Assembly (NCBI GenBank): GCA_964609855.1
Contig: CAZSTB010000001.1
Span: forward strand, 119,170 to 183,169
Source: an uncultured Bdellovibrionales bacterium
Lineage (GTDB): Bacteria > Patescibacteriota > Minisyncoccia > Moranbacterales > GWC2-37-73
DNA length: 64,000 nucleotides
Direction of reading: 5' to 3'
Both the position numbers and the translations under genes were made by a program. A model generated the notes under the pieces. The model was not told where the DNA came from and did not search any database. It saw nothing but the letters and a program-made list of their open reading frames with translations. Numbering within the stretch: position 1 is the first letter of the stretch; each line of letters begins with the position of its first letter. This document shows, in pieces, positions 18,592 to 26,914 of this stretch.

Positions 18592-19698
18592 TTACTTTTT
18601 TAGCTCCACGGTTTCTCCGTCGCGAATTAATTTGTTTCCATCGACAATGATCTGAGTTTGATTAGGGATCGCCGCTGAAACCTCAGCCAATTCGCCGCTT
18701 ACATGCACCACGTCAACAAGAATTTTTTTAGCAACATTATTTTCTAAAACAAAAATATAACTTTCATTTTGACCTATGCCGATTGCGGACAGAGGTAGGA
18801 GGAGATTTTCAGGTTTTTCAACTGTCGCAATACTTTCAATGGTAACGGTAGCGATTGTTCCTGCTAGAAGAGGGGAGTCGGTAGTATTTTTCGGATAGGC
18901 TTCAATCAAAAAACGTTTCGTTATCGGGTCTGCAGCAGAAGCAATATTTCTTACCACTAAAGAATAAGCATTTCCATTGGCAGCAACGGCTGAAACTTCC
19001 TGTCCACGTGTAATTTTCTCTTTTTCAGTTTGATCGACATAGAACTTTACTTTCACATTGAATGATTTGCTGATACTGGCAATCAGTTGTCCGGCGGAAA
19101 CAGAATCCCCAATAGAAACGGCCTTGTTAGTGATGACACCAGAGATAGGACTAGTTATTAAGCGGTTATCCACATTTCCCTCAAGTCCCAAGGCTGCATT
19201 TTCAAATTGTAATTTGGCAATATCTTTCTGCGCCTTGGCGCTATCTTTCTGCGAGTTAGTAGCTTCGCTGGAATCTTTCAGGTTATCGTACAAATCTTTT
19301 GCTAATTCATAAGATTCCTTAGCCTGCTTGGCGGCAATTTCTGATTGCTGAACTTGCAGGCTTTTTAAACCCTGATCTCCAACTGCGATGTTTCCTGTGT
19401 CATCAATTTTTGCCAGAATAGAACCGGCCCTTACTGAATCTCCGATATTTGAGGGTGCGAAAGTGATAGTCCCGGAAGACTTGGCGGTAATTTTTATTTC
19501 CTGGTCGCCAACAATGCTGGCAGGATACTTTCTTGTCTGCGAAAACGTTTTTGTGTCAGAGGCAAGTTTTGCGGAGACTTTTGTGATTTTCTTTTCTGGT
19601 TGACTGGAATCTGTGGCGGCTTTTTGAGGTAGTCGCATCGCGATTATAAAGAGAGCTGCGATTGCTAGTGTAGATGCGATGATTTTTTTCTTGTTCAT
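18592..19698 (-). CDS. Efflux RND periplasmic adaptor subunit (HlyD family)
   Basis: Probable start is Met39 of the listed ORF (MNKKKIIASTLAIAALFII signal anchor), which removes the overlap with marR. Lipoyl/beta-barrel MFP domains present. Confidence 0.8.
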   Translation of the reverse strand: MNKKKIIASTLAIAALFIIAMRLPQKAATDSSQPEKKITKVSAKLASDTKTFSQTRKYPASIVGDQEIKITAKSSGTITFAPSNIGDSVRAGSILAKIDDTGNIAVGDQGLKSLQVQQSEIAAKQAKESYELAKDLYDNLKDSSEATNSQKDSAKAQKDIAKLQFENAALGLEGNVDNRLITSPISGVITNKAVSIGDSVSAGQLIASISKSFNVKVKFYVDQTEKEKITRGQEVSAVAANGNAYSLVVRNIASAADPITKRFLIEAYPKNTTDSPLLAGTIATVTIESIATVEKPENLLLPLSAIGIGQNESYIFVLENNVAKKILVDVVHVSGELAEVSAAIPNQTQIIVDGNKLIRDGETVELKK

Positions 19699-19735
19699 AA
19701 TTTCTTTACTGTAATTTATATTATTTGGCATCGAT

Positions 19736-20140
19736 TTAAAATCTAAATAGTTTTTCCAGTTCGCTTTCGCTGTTGTCCATGATGTCGTTAAGTTTTTGCA
19801 TGAACGCTTCATGCTGGGTTATTTCGTTTTTGCTTAATTTTTTCTCAACCGAAATTTTGGCCTTGGTCATGACTTTACGCATTTCTTTTAATTTCTTCTG
19901 ACCTTGGTCTGTAAGCAGCACTTTTACTTTACGTTTGTCTTTTTTGTCGGTTGCATAATCCCTCGTTATTAATCCTTCTTTTTCTAGAAAACTTAGCCGT
20001 TGGCTGATATTAGACTTGGTGGAATTGCTCAGCTCGATTATTTGACTTGGAGTCAATGATTTGTGATGAGAAAGCATACCCAAGATTTTCACGCTAGTTG
20101 AAGATAGCCCCATTGGGATAAAGATATATTTGTTGGCCAT
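19736..20140 (-). CDS. MarR family transcriptional regulator
   Basis: Winged HTH (LTPSQIIELSNSTKSNISQRLSFLEKEGLITR). Probable start at Met20 of the listed ORF. First gene of the MarR-adaptor-RND operon. Confidence 0.8.
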   Translation of the reverse strand: MANKYIFIPMGLSSTSVKILGMLSHHKSLTPSQIIELSNSTKSNISQRLSFLEKEGLITRDYATDKKDKRKVKVLLTDQGQKKLKEMRKVMTKAKISVEKKLSKNEITQHEAFMQKLNDIMDNSESELEKLFRF

Positions 20141-20261
20141 TGCTTCAATGCGATGCGCCAAACACACTATTGAGTGCAGGCTCGAATCGTTATGCATATT
20201 TGAGTGATTGTTAGATTGTTAACGTCTACATAGTTTATCAATAAACCATCTTTTGTCAAGG

Positions 20262-20423
20262 CACTAATCATTTAAACAGCTAATCATTCAAGCATTTAAA
20301 CAAATAAACATGTAAACATGTAAACACTTAATCATTTAAACATGTAAACATTCAAACATTCAAACATTCAAACATTCAAACAATATGAATCGCTGTTTAA
20401 ATGTTTACATGTTTAAATGATCA
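20262..20423. repeat. Iteron-like repeat block in the marR divergent promoter region
   Basis: taatcatttaaaca occurs twice, aacatgtaaaca three times, ttcaaaca four times in tandem. A 22-24 bp inverted repeat: taatcatttaaacatgtaaacatt (20329-20352) against aatgtttacatgtttaaatgatca (20399-20422). Confidence 0.6.
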
Positions 20424-20433
20424 TATGAAATGG

Positions 20434-20462
20434 TTGACTTTTTCCAAATTTGGGTGTATAAT
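20434..20462 (+). promoter_or_regulatory. Consensus sigma70 promoter (TTGACT-17-TATAAT)
   Basis: ttgactttttccaaatttgggtgtataat, immediately right of the repeat block. Confidence 0.5.
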
Positions 20463-20485
20463 AGATATAGTTGAATAGATAGAGT

Positions 20486-20509
20486 AAAAACGGGTGAAAG
20501 CCCGTTTTT
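20486..20509. terminator. Terminator-like hairpin with flanking A/T runs, about 25 nt downstream of the promoter (possible leader attenuator or bidirectional terminator)
   Basis: aaaaacgggtgaaagcccgttttt. A near-identical hairpin occurs at 38978-39002. Confidence 0.4.
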
Positions 20510-20596
20510 GCTTATTTTTCAAATTAATTTTAGCTTAACAAAGCCATTTAACCTTAAAAAGAGTTCGAAAGCGGGTGGTTAAATAGGTCAAAACAA

Positions 20597-21343
20597 ATGC
20601 GTAAAAAAGTAACAGCAAAAAAATCAAAAGCTTCAGTTAAGCCTAAAAAGGCTAAGACTATGCAAATGGTGAAAACTCAAAAAATCGCCAAGAAAGTTAA
20701 ACCTGCCAAGAAAGCTGTAGCAATAAGGAAAATTCGTAAGACTACGAAAGCGCTTTTCGCTTTAGGTAATTTAAATTCCTCGCATGCTAGAATTTTAATT
20801 TTATTGATCCTGATTATTTTTACTTTAACTTTCATGGTTGCATGGAGAATGCAAACTGATGATAATGATAATCTAAAAAATGCACAGATAAAGGTTGCCC
20901 AGGTTAAGCAGCAAACTCCCCTTGAAAAAGAAATTGCTGATATGGTGCAAGGTTATCCGATTGAAAAAATGATGCCATATATTTTGAAACAGGAGCCGAA
21001 GACCGCGATGTTTCTGGTGGCTATCGCTAAGAAAGAAAGTGCATGGGGAAAAAGGAAGCCGGTTTTAAATGGCGAAGATTGTTTCAATTATTGGGGCTTT
21101 CGTCTGAAAGCTGAACGAATGGGCTCAGGAGGTCATACTTGTTTTGACTCTCCAAAGCAAGCTGTTGAGAAAGTAGCTGAACGTATTGATCAGTTAGTCA
21201 AAGAAGAGGAAATCGATACGCCGTCTGACATGATCGTTTGGAAATGCGGTTATGGTTGTCAGGATAAACCCAAGACTATCAGTGAAAAAAAATGGATTAA
21301 TGATGTGGATTTCTATTACAGTGCGATGAATGAATATCTGTAA
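20597..21343 (+). CDS. Membrane-anchored GH73-like (ESxWG) putative peptidoglycan hydrolase with Lys-rich N-terminal tail (paralog family B)
   Basis: KAKK-rich N-terminus, one TM, then AIAKKESAWGKR...NYWGF...GSGGHTCF...WKCG. Paralogs at 48634 and 49871. Confidence 0.5.
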   Translation: MRKKVTAKKSKASVKPKKAKTMQMVKTQKIAKKVKPAKKAVAIRKIRKTTKALFALGNLNSSHARILILLILIIFTLTFMVAWRMQTDDNDNLKNAQIKVAQVKQQTPLEKEIADMVQGYPIEKMMPYILKQEPKTAMFLVAIAKKESAWGKRKPVLNGEDCFNYWGFRLKAERMGSGGHTCFDSPKQAVEKVAERIDQLVKEEEIDTPSDMIVWKCGYGCQDKPKTISEKKWINDVDFYYSAMNEYL

Positions 21344-21364
21344 AGATTCAATAGTGATATTTTC

Positions 21365-21389
21365 AAAAAAGGACTCCGGTCCTTTTTTG
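21365..21389 (+). terminator. Rho-independent terminator
   Basis: aaaaaaggactccggtccttttttg. Confidence 0.6.
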
Positions 21390-21477
21390 CTTCTTTTCAT
21401 TGTTTACATTTCTTTTTATCCATGTTATTGTCTTTTATTCTTTGAAAATTAAAAAACGATAAAGGGAGGAGAGCAGT

Positions 21478-22536
21478 ATGAGTGATATTACGCTTCTTGT
21501 GAATTTTTATCCGACTACCAGATGCAATGTGGGTTGTTCGCACTGCATTGATGATGCATGCATGAAAAACCCGATTGATCTTCCGATTGAATATGTTCAC
21601 TTGCTAAACAAGCAGCTCGAGAAGCATCAATACTATGCCCAATATTGCGCCACAGGGAATGGAGAACCATTGCTTCATCCGAAATTCAACGCGTTGATTG
21701 ATTCGTTGTTTTCTTATCGCAGAAATAAGGGCATGACTTTACTCACTGCTGGTTATAACAATAAGGAATTGGAAAAACGTGATAATTTCAGAAGGCTCCT
21801 GCAAAAGGATTATATCAGAAGAATTCAGCCACATTTGAGTTTCAATTTGTACTCGGATTTTCCTGAGCGGTGGGATGCTGTTTTGCCAGACATTATGAAC
21901 TGTGAAAGGGATTTCAGTGTTCTTGCAAATATTTGTTACAGTGTCAGTAATCGGCTGGAAACGTTGAAAAGTTTTGATGATATATTCCGACGATATGCAC
22001 TGAACAGTGGATATGGCGAAAATCTGAGAGCATTAATTTGTGGAGGAGGGAGTCAATTTTGTCTTCGAGCTGAGCCTTTAGTGGATAGCCATGGCTTCCC
22101 ATATCATGAAAGACAAATGCTTTTGCCTCAAAACTTCATCTACTTTCTGTCTGGAAAGCATGGAAGACGCTTTTTCGGAGTGCGACGTGCGCATATTGCC
22201 AAACAAGGAAGAGCGGCGCAATTGAGGGAGATTATTGCAGGAAAAGATTATTGCCCAGATTTCTTGAGTGAATTTAATCTCGAGCTTCATCTTAATCCGG
22301 ACGGATTTTGGTATGCCAATCACACTTGTCCTAAAATTCCGCAATTGTGCCTGGGTCATATCGAAAAAGATGATATTGACGTGATAGTGCGTAGAAAGTT
22401 TTTCTTTTGGAGATTTATAAATAGCGCACTTATCTTGGAACGTAGGAATTATGATCCAATGGAGCCTTGCGCCGCATGCCTCATGCTATGCAATGAGCAT
22501 GACGTTATGAGTGTTATCAGCGAAATTGCTGAATAG
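21478..22536 (+). CDS. Radical SAM enzyme with Cys-rich C-terminal (SPASM/twitch-like) extension
   Basis: CNVGCSHC (Cx3Cx2C) at residues 16-23. GNGEPLLHP SAM-binding motif. C-terminal cysteines CPKIPQLC...CAACLMLC. Confidence 0.7.
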   Translation: MSDITLLVNFYPTTRCNVGCSHCIDDACMKNPIDLPIEYVHLLNKQLEKHQYYAQYCATGNGEPLLHPKFNALIDSLFSYRRNKGMTLLTAGYNNKELEKRDNFRRLLQKDYIRRIQPHLSFNLYSDFPERWDAVLPDIMNCERDFSVLANICYSVSNRLETLKSFDDIFRRYALNSGYGENLRALICGGGSQFCLRAEPLVDSHGFPYHERQMLLPQNFIYFLSGKHGRRFFGVRRAHIAKQGRAAQLREIIAGKDYCPDFLSEFNLELHLNPDGFWYANHTCPKIPQLCLGHIEKDDIDVIVRRKFFFWRFINSALILERRNYDPMEPCAACLMLCNEHDVMSVISEIAE

Positions 22537-22540
22537 TTTC

Positions 22541-22571
22541 GATGCCGACTTGAAAAAGTCGGCATTTTTTT
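22541..22571 (+). terminator. Rho-independent terminator
   Basis: gatgccgacttgaaaaagtcggcattttttt overlaps the first 60 nt of the listed ORF 22511, which argues for a later true start. Confidence 0.6.
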
Positions 22572-22618
22572 ATAAAAAACAAAACTTAAAGGACTTTTTA
22601 CAATTTTTAATTTATGCT

Positions 22619-23047
22619 ATGATGGAAAAACGTTGCGGAGCAACACGGAAAGTAATAAATAAAACTAATAATAAAATTATGCAAAACATCCAAGACGTTT
22701 TCAATCATATTCGTGAGATGAAAAAAGAACAAAAAGATTTGCGCGATATGTATAAGGATGCGCTTGTGCAAGCCGATGAATATGAGGAAATTGTAGAAAA
22801 AATTACAGTTTTGCGTGAAAAGAAAAAAGAGATTGAAGCTCGTATCCAAGCTCAATTAGGAAGAGCTTACGAAAAACTGGAGGACTTGAAGCGTGAAGTT
22901 GATACCGAAAAAGAAATGATGAATGATATCGCAATCTCAACTTTGATGAAAGGGGAGACTGTTTTGGTGAAAGATGAATTTGATAACGACTATGAACCCA
23001 ACTGGAAAGTGGCTTTTAAAAAAGCTAACGGTGGAACTACGGTTTAG
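22619..23047 (+). CDS. Hypothetical coiled-coil protein (start uncertain; alternative Met at 22679)
   Basis: Charged heptad-like region EIVEKITVLREKKKEIEARIQAQLGRAYEKLEDLKREVD. The start was moved past the upstream terminator. Confidence 0.4.
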   Translation: MMEKRCGATRKVINKTNNKIMQNIQDVFNHIREMKKEQKDLRDMYKDALVQADEYEEIVEKITVLREKKKEIEARIQAQLGRAYEKLEDLKREVDTEKEMMNDIAISTLMKGETVLVKDEFDNDYEPNWKVAFKKANGGTTV

Positions 23048-23068
23048 TTTATATCCAAAAAAGCTCTT

Positions 23069-23099
23069 AAAAAATCTCGCATTTATGCGGGATTTTTTT
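23069..23099 (+). terminator. Rho-independent terminator
   Basis: aaaaaatctcgcatttatgcgggattttttt. Confidence 0.45.
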
Positions 23100-23175
23100 G
23101 TTGCCTAAAGAATAAGCAAAAAATCAAATTGTAATATTCGGTAGCTGAAAAGCTGATAACAATAAATATGAAGAT

Positions 23176-24141
23176 ATGAAAAATAATAATCGAGTAGCTT
23201 TAATCGGTAGCGGTTTCGTCGGTGAAGCGGCTGGCAGGGGCTTTCATGAAAAGGGAAATGACGTTTTCTTTTTCGATATAAATAAATTCGTAATAGCTGC
23301 TTTGCAACAAGCGGGATTTAAAGCCGACCATATTAGTAGGCTTGACGACACTTCTAGTTTTTTTGATTTTTTATTATTAAGTTTGCCGACTCCCACCATC
23401 GGCGGACACACCTCCCTCGAGTTTTTAAAAGTCGCTTTAACGGATGTGGGAAAATATTTAAAAGGTGCAAGCAACTATCCGGTTATTGTGGTTAGAAGCA
23501 CTGTTCCACCTGGCACAACTGAGGATTTGGTTATTTCTATTTTAGAAAAAAAATCCGGAAAAAAAATAGGCAGAGATTTCGGTGTTTGTATGAATCCGGA
23601 ATTTCTCAGGGAGGCAACAGCAAAAGAGGATTTTGCGAGACCATGGATAATCGTAATCGGAAGTAATGATGAAAGATCGCGCACACGTTTGCATGACTTG
23701 TATGCGCCTTTTAAGAGTCCGATTGTTCACATGTCCATTAAAGAAGCGGAAATGACAAAATATGTGCACAACCTTTTAAATGCCACCAAGATCTCTTTCT
23801 TCAACGAAATGAGGGCAGTGAATGAGATGATGGGAATCGATTCGGAACTTGAATTCAAAACAGTTGTAAAGAGCGCGGAAGCGATTTGGAATCCCGAATA
23901 CGGAACAAAAGATTTCGGACCTTTCGGAGGTTCATGTCTGCCGAAGGATACGAGCGGATTTTTTAGCTGGGTGAAAGATAGACACAAGATGGAACTCCCG
24001 GTTTTAAAGGGAACGATAGAAACTAATGAGTGGATGAAAAAAAACAAGACAGTTGAAGCTGAAAAAGGTGTTAAAAATTACCCTAAAATGCTTGGCGTTT
24101 TAAAAATCAAAAAACTGCATAAGAAAAAAATTAATATTTAA
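23176..24141 (+). CDS. Short UDP-glucose/GDP-mannose dehydrogenase family protein, lacking the C-terminal nucleotide-sugar-binding domain
   Basis: Rossmann IGSGFVGEAAG. Catalytic GFGGSCLPKD Cys motif. Only 321 aa, ending shortly after the central domain. Confidence 0.65.
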   Translation: MKNNNRVALIGSGFVGEAAGRGFHEKGNDVFFFDINKFVIAALQQAGFKADHISRLDDTSSFFDFLLLSLPTPTIGGHTSLEFLKVALTDVGKYLKGASNYPVIVVRSTVPPGTTEDLVISILEKKSGKKIGRDFGVCMNPEFLREATAKEDFARPWIIVIGSNDERSRTRLHDLYAPFKSPIVHMSIKEAEMTKYVHNLLNATKISFFNEMRAVNEMMGIDSELEFKTVVKSAEAIWNPEYGTKDFGPFGGSCLPKDTSGFFSWVKDRHKMELPVLKGTIETNEWMKKNKTVEAEKGVKNYPKMLGVLKIKKLHKKKINI

Positions 24142-24145
24142 AGGT

Positions 24146-26914
24146 ATGTACGAAGATTTTTTAAGATATTTGAATATTGTATGGTTTTTTGTGCCTTTGG
24201 GCGTAGTGGGAATTTGGAGGTGGTCAATCTGGCTCACAAAAAAGTTGGTAGCGGCATTTTATCGGATGCCATCGGGAGAAATTCTCAAAGCCACCTTGGC
24301 GATAATAACGCCGGTTTATAATGAAAATCCACAAATATTCAAATGCGCCTTGAATTCCTGGAAAATGAATGGATCGCCTGATGAGATTATTGCCGTAATA
24401 GATTTTACAGATGAGGCATGCATTGAAGTGTTTAAAAGTTTTGCAAGAAAAAATCTTAGCGCAAAACTTATCGTCACGAAACTGCCGGGCAAAAGACAAG
24501 CATTAGCGGATGGCATTAGAAATGCAAGCAGCGAATTTGTGGCGCTTGTTGATAGTGACACGCTCTGGATTGATCCAATCAGGGATAAACTGCTGGCGCC
24601 TTTTTCGGATAATTTAGTTGGTGGAGTTTCGCCGCGGCAAGATATTTATCAGCCCAATAGTTTGGCGAGAAAATTATTCCAACTGAATTTATATAATCGG
24701 TATTTCGTTGAGATGCCTTTTTTGGGAGCGGTTGGCGATGCCCTGACTTGCTTGTCTGGCAGAACTGCTGTTTATAGGAAGTCTGCGGTCGAAGATGTGC
24801 TTGACCGACTGGTTGAAGAAAAATTTTTAGGTACGCCGTCGGTAAGCGGCGACGATAAGACATTGACGAGATTGATTCAGCAGGCCGGATGGAAAGCGAA
24901 ATACTTACGCGAAGCAGTGGTTTATACGCCGGGATTTAAGCGTCTTACTCCTTTTCTGCAGCAGATTATTCGTTGGAGTCGAAACAGTTGGCGTAGCGAT
25001 CTGCAAACCGTCTTTGACGGCTGGGTCTGGAAAAACCATAAAGTTCTCGGTTTGTATATGCTCGATAGGTTCCTGCAACCGTTTACATTGCTTTTGTCGC
25101 CGGTTTATTTGGTAGTGGCCCTAAGCTCTGGATATTGGAGATTCGCAGTTATTCTTATTATCTGGTGGCTGTTTAGCAGATCGATAAAAGTTTTTGGTCA
25201 TTTGAAAAAGCATCCAAGAGATATCTTAATCATTACACAGTATGTGATATTCACATTTGTTTCAGCGCTGATAAAAATTTATGCCTTGATAACTATCATG
25301 CAGCAAGGGTGGATTACTCGTTGGGACAAGAGCCGCATGCGAAAAATATCACTGCCGCTTCAATCATTCGCTTATGCGTTCACAGCTTTAATTATCTTTG
25401 CTTATGTGGGCATGATTTTTACATATAGAAATGAATCAAATCAAACTCAAAATTTTGATAATATCGCAATTAAAAGCGTCATTGCGACCGGTCCGAGAGA
25501 ACTTTCCAATTCTCGGCTAGTTGCCATGAAGCAGGATATATTAGCGGGAAGCGTAAATGATTCCAACGGAATTTACGCCGTAAAGTCAGGTGATTTTTTG
25601 CTGCTCTTGAAAAACAAGTTCAATCTAGCTTCCATTGATTTTTTGAAAACTGCAGATAATGAACCAATTGTGAATCCTAATAATATTTCCGTCGGACAAA
25701 AAATCGCCATCCCGTCGAAAGAAATGCGAAATATTTTAAATGCGGATGAGCTTCGCAAAAAGTCATATCGCCCTGCGATAATATTTTATGACAGCGGCTT
25801 GGATACGATATTTATTAAAGGCAGCGGAAGTGTGGTTACACCAACCATAATCAATAAGGCGCTTGGACGAAATTCTTCACTGCAAAAAACAAGCGATGGG
25901 GAATGGCTTTTGAAATCCAATCTTTACATAGGAAAAAATGTTACCTTGGTAATTGATAAACAGGATACGAAATATTTAAAATTAAAAAGTGACAATGAAA
26001 AATTTATCTGGATTCGTTCGCAAAATGGAAACATTCTGATTTCAGATACGAAAGTAACATCTTGGAATGAAAAAACTCAGCAACCAGATGACGAGCATAT
26101 TGATGGTAGAAGTTACATAACGGCTAAATCCAGCGGACGAATGGATATAACTAATTCTGAAATCGGACATTTGGGATATGTGGGTCTGCCGAAAAGAGGA
26201 GGACCGTTTGGCGGCTCATATGGGTTGTCTTGGAAAATAACCAGCGGAAAATTCAAGGACAATTTACTGACAGGTTCAGTCATGAACAGTTCGATTCATG
26301 ATAATTATTTCGGAATCTACTCTTTCGGCGCAACTGGGATTCTAATAAAAAATAACGATGTATTTCATAATGTGGAATACGGAATCGACCCACATGATGA
26401 TTCCAATAATTTTTTGATTACAGAAAATAGGACATACGAAAATGGAAATCATGGCATTATTCTTTCCAAGCGGTGTGTTAATAACGAAATTACAAATAAT
26501 ATTTCTTATAATAACAAGCTGCACGGAATAATGCTTGATCGGGATTCTAATAATAATTATGTGATTGGGAATGAGGTTTATGGAAATATTGACGGGATAA
26601 CTGTTTTCGAATCCGAACGAAATTTCATATTTGAGAATAAAATTGCTGATAACAAGCAAGGCATTCGACTCAATGGTGGTTCGGAATTTAACTATATCGA
26701 AAAAAATAATATTAGGAATAATGAAACGGGCATGCATGTGTATGGCGGCTCGAATAATAACGTAGCACTTAATAACAGTATTGTATCGAATAAAATAGGC
26801 TTATCTATTCAAAATTCGAACGGGAATATTTTTTATGGCAACTTTAAGCCGCATGACAATGAAAAAGATGGACACATAAATGTTGAATTAATCAGAAATG
26901 AAATTAAATTATAA
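24146..26914 (+). CDS. Processive family-2 glycosyltransferase (HasA/NodC/chitin-synthase-like) fused to a LysM domain and a right-handed parallel beta-helix domain
   Basis: ITPVYNE, DSDT, LSGRTAVYRK, SGDDKTLTR and QQIIRWSRNSW (QxxRW) motifs. About 6 TM helices. LysM (YAVKSGDFLLLL...VGQKIAIP). More than 10 ~22-residue NxxxxN beta-helix coils (NNxIxxN...GIxL). Confidence 0.7.
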   Translation: MYEDFLRYLNIVWFFVPLGVVGIWRWSIWLTKKLVAAFYRMPSGEILKATLAIITPVYNENPQIFKCALNSWKMNGSPDEIIAVIDFTDEACIEVFKSFARKNLSAKLIVTKLPGKRQALADGIRNASSEFVALVDSDTLWIDPIRDKLLAPFSDNLVGGVSPRQDIYQPNSLARKLFQLNLYNRYFVEMPFLGAVGDALTCLSGRTAVYRKSAVEDVLDRLVEEKFLGTPSVSGDDKTLTRLIQQAGWKAKYLREAVVYTPGFKRLTPFLQQIIRWSRNSWRSDLQTVFDGWVWKNHKVLGLYMLDRFLQPFTLLLSPVYLVVALSSGYWRFAVILIIWWLFSRSIKVFGHLKKHPRDILIITQYVIFTFVSALIKIYALITIMQQGWITRWDKSRMRKISLPLQSFAYAFTALIIFAYVGMIFTYRNESNQTQNFDNIAIKSVIATGPRELSNSRLVAMKQDILAGSVNDSNGIYAVKSGDFLLLLKNKFNLASIDFLKTADNEPIVNPNNISVGQKIAIPSKEMRNILNADELRKKSYRPAIIFYDSGLDTIFIKGSGSVVTPTIINKALGRNSSLQKTSDGEWLLKSNLYIGKNVTLVIDKQDTKYLKLKSDNEKFIWIRSQNGNILISDTKVTSWNEKTQQPDDEHIDGRSYITAKSSGRMDITNSEIGHLGYVGLPKRGGPFGGSYGLSWKITSGKFKDNLLTGSVMNSSIHDNYFGIYSFGATGILIKNNDVFHNVEYGIDPHDDSNNFLITENRTYENGNHGIILSKRCVNNEITNNISYNNKLHGIMLDRDSNNNYVIGNEVYGNIDGITVFESERNFIFENKIADNKQGIRLNGGSEFNYIEKNNIRNNETGMHVYGGSNNNVALNNSIVSNKIGLSIQNSNGNIFYGNFKPHDNEKDGHINVELIRNEIKL

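Noticed and set aside
20262-20423. CRISPR array
   Set aside because: The repeat units are 8-14 bp and directly abutting, with no unique spacers of 25-40 bp. No cas genes are in the window.
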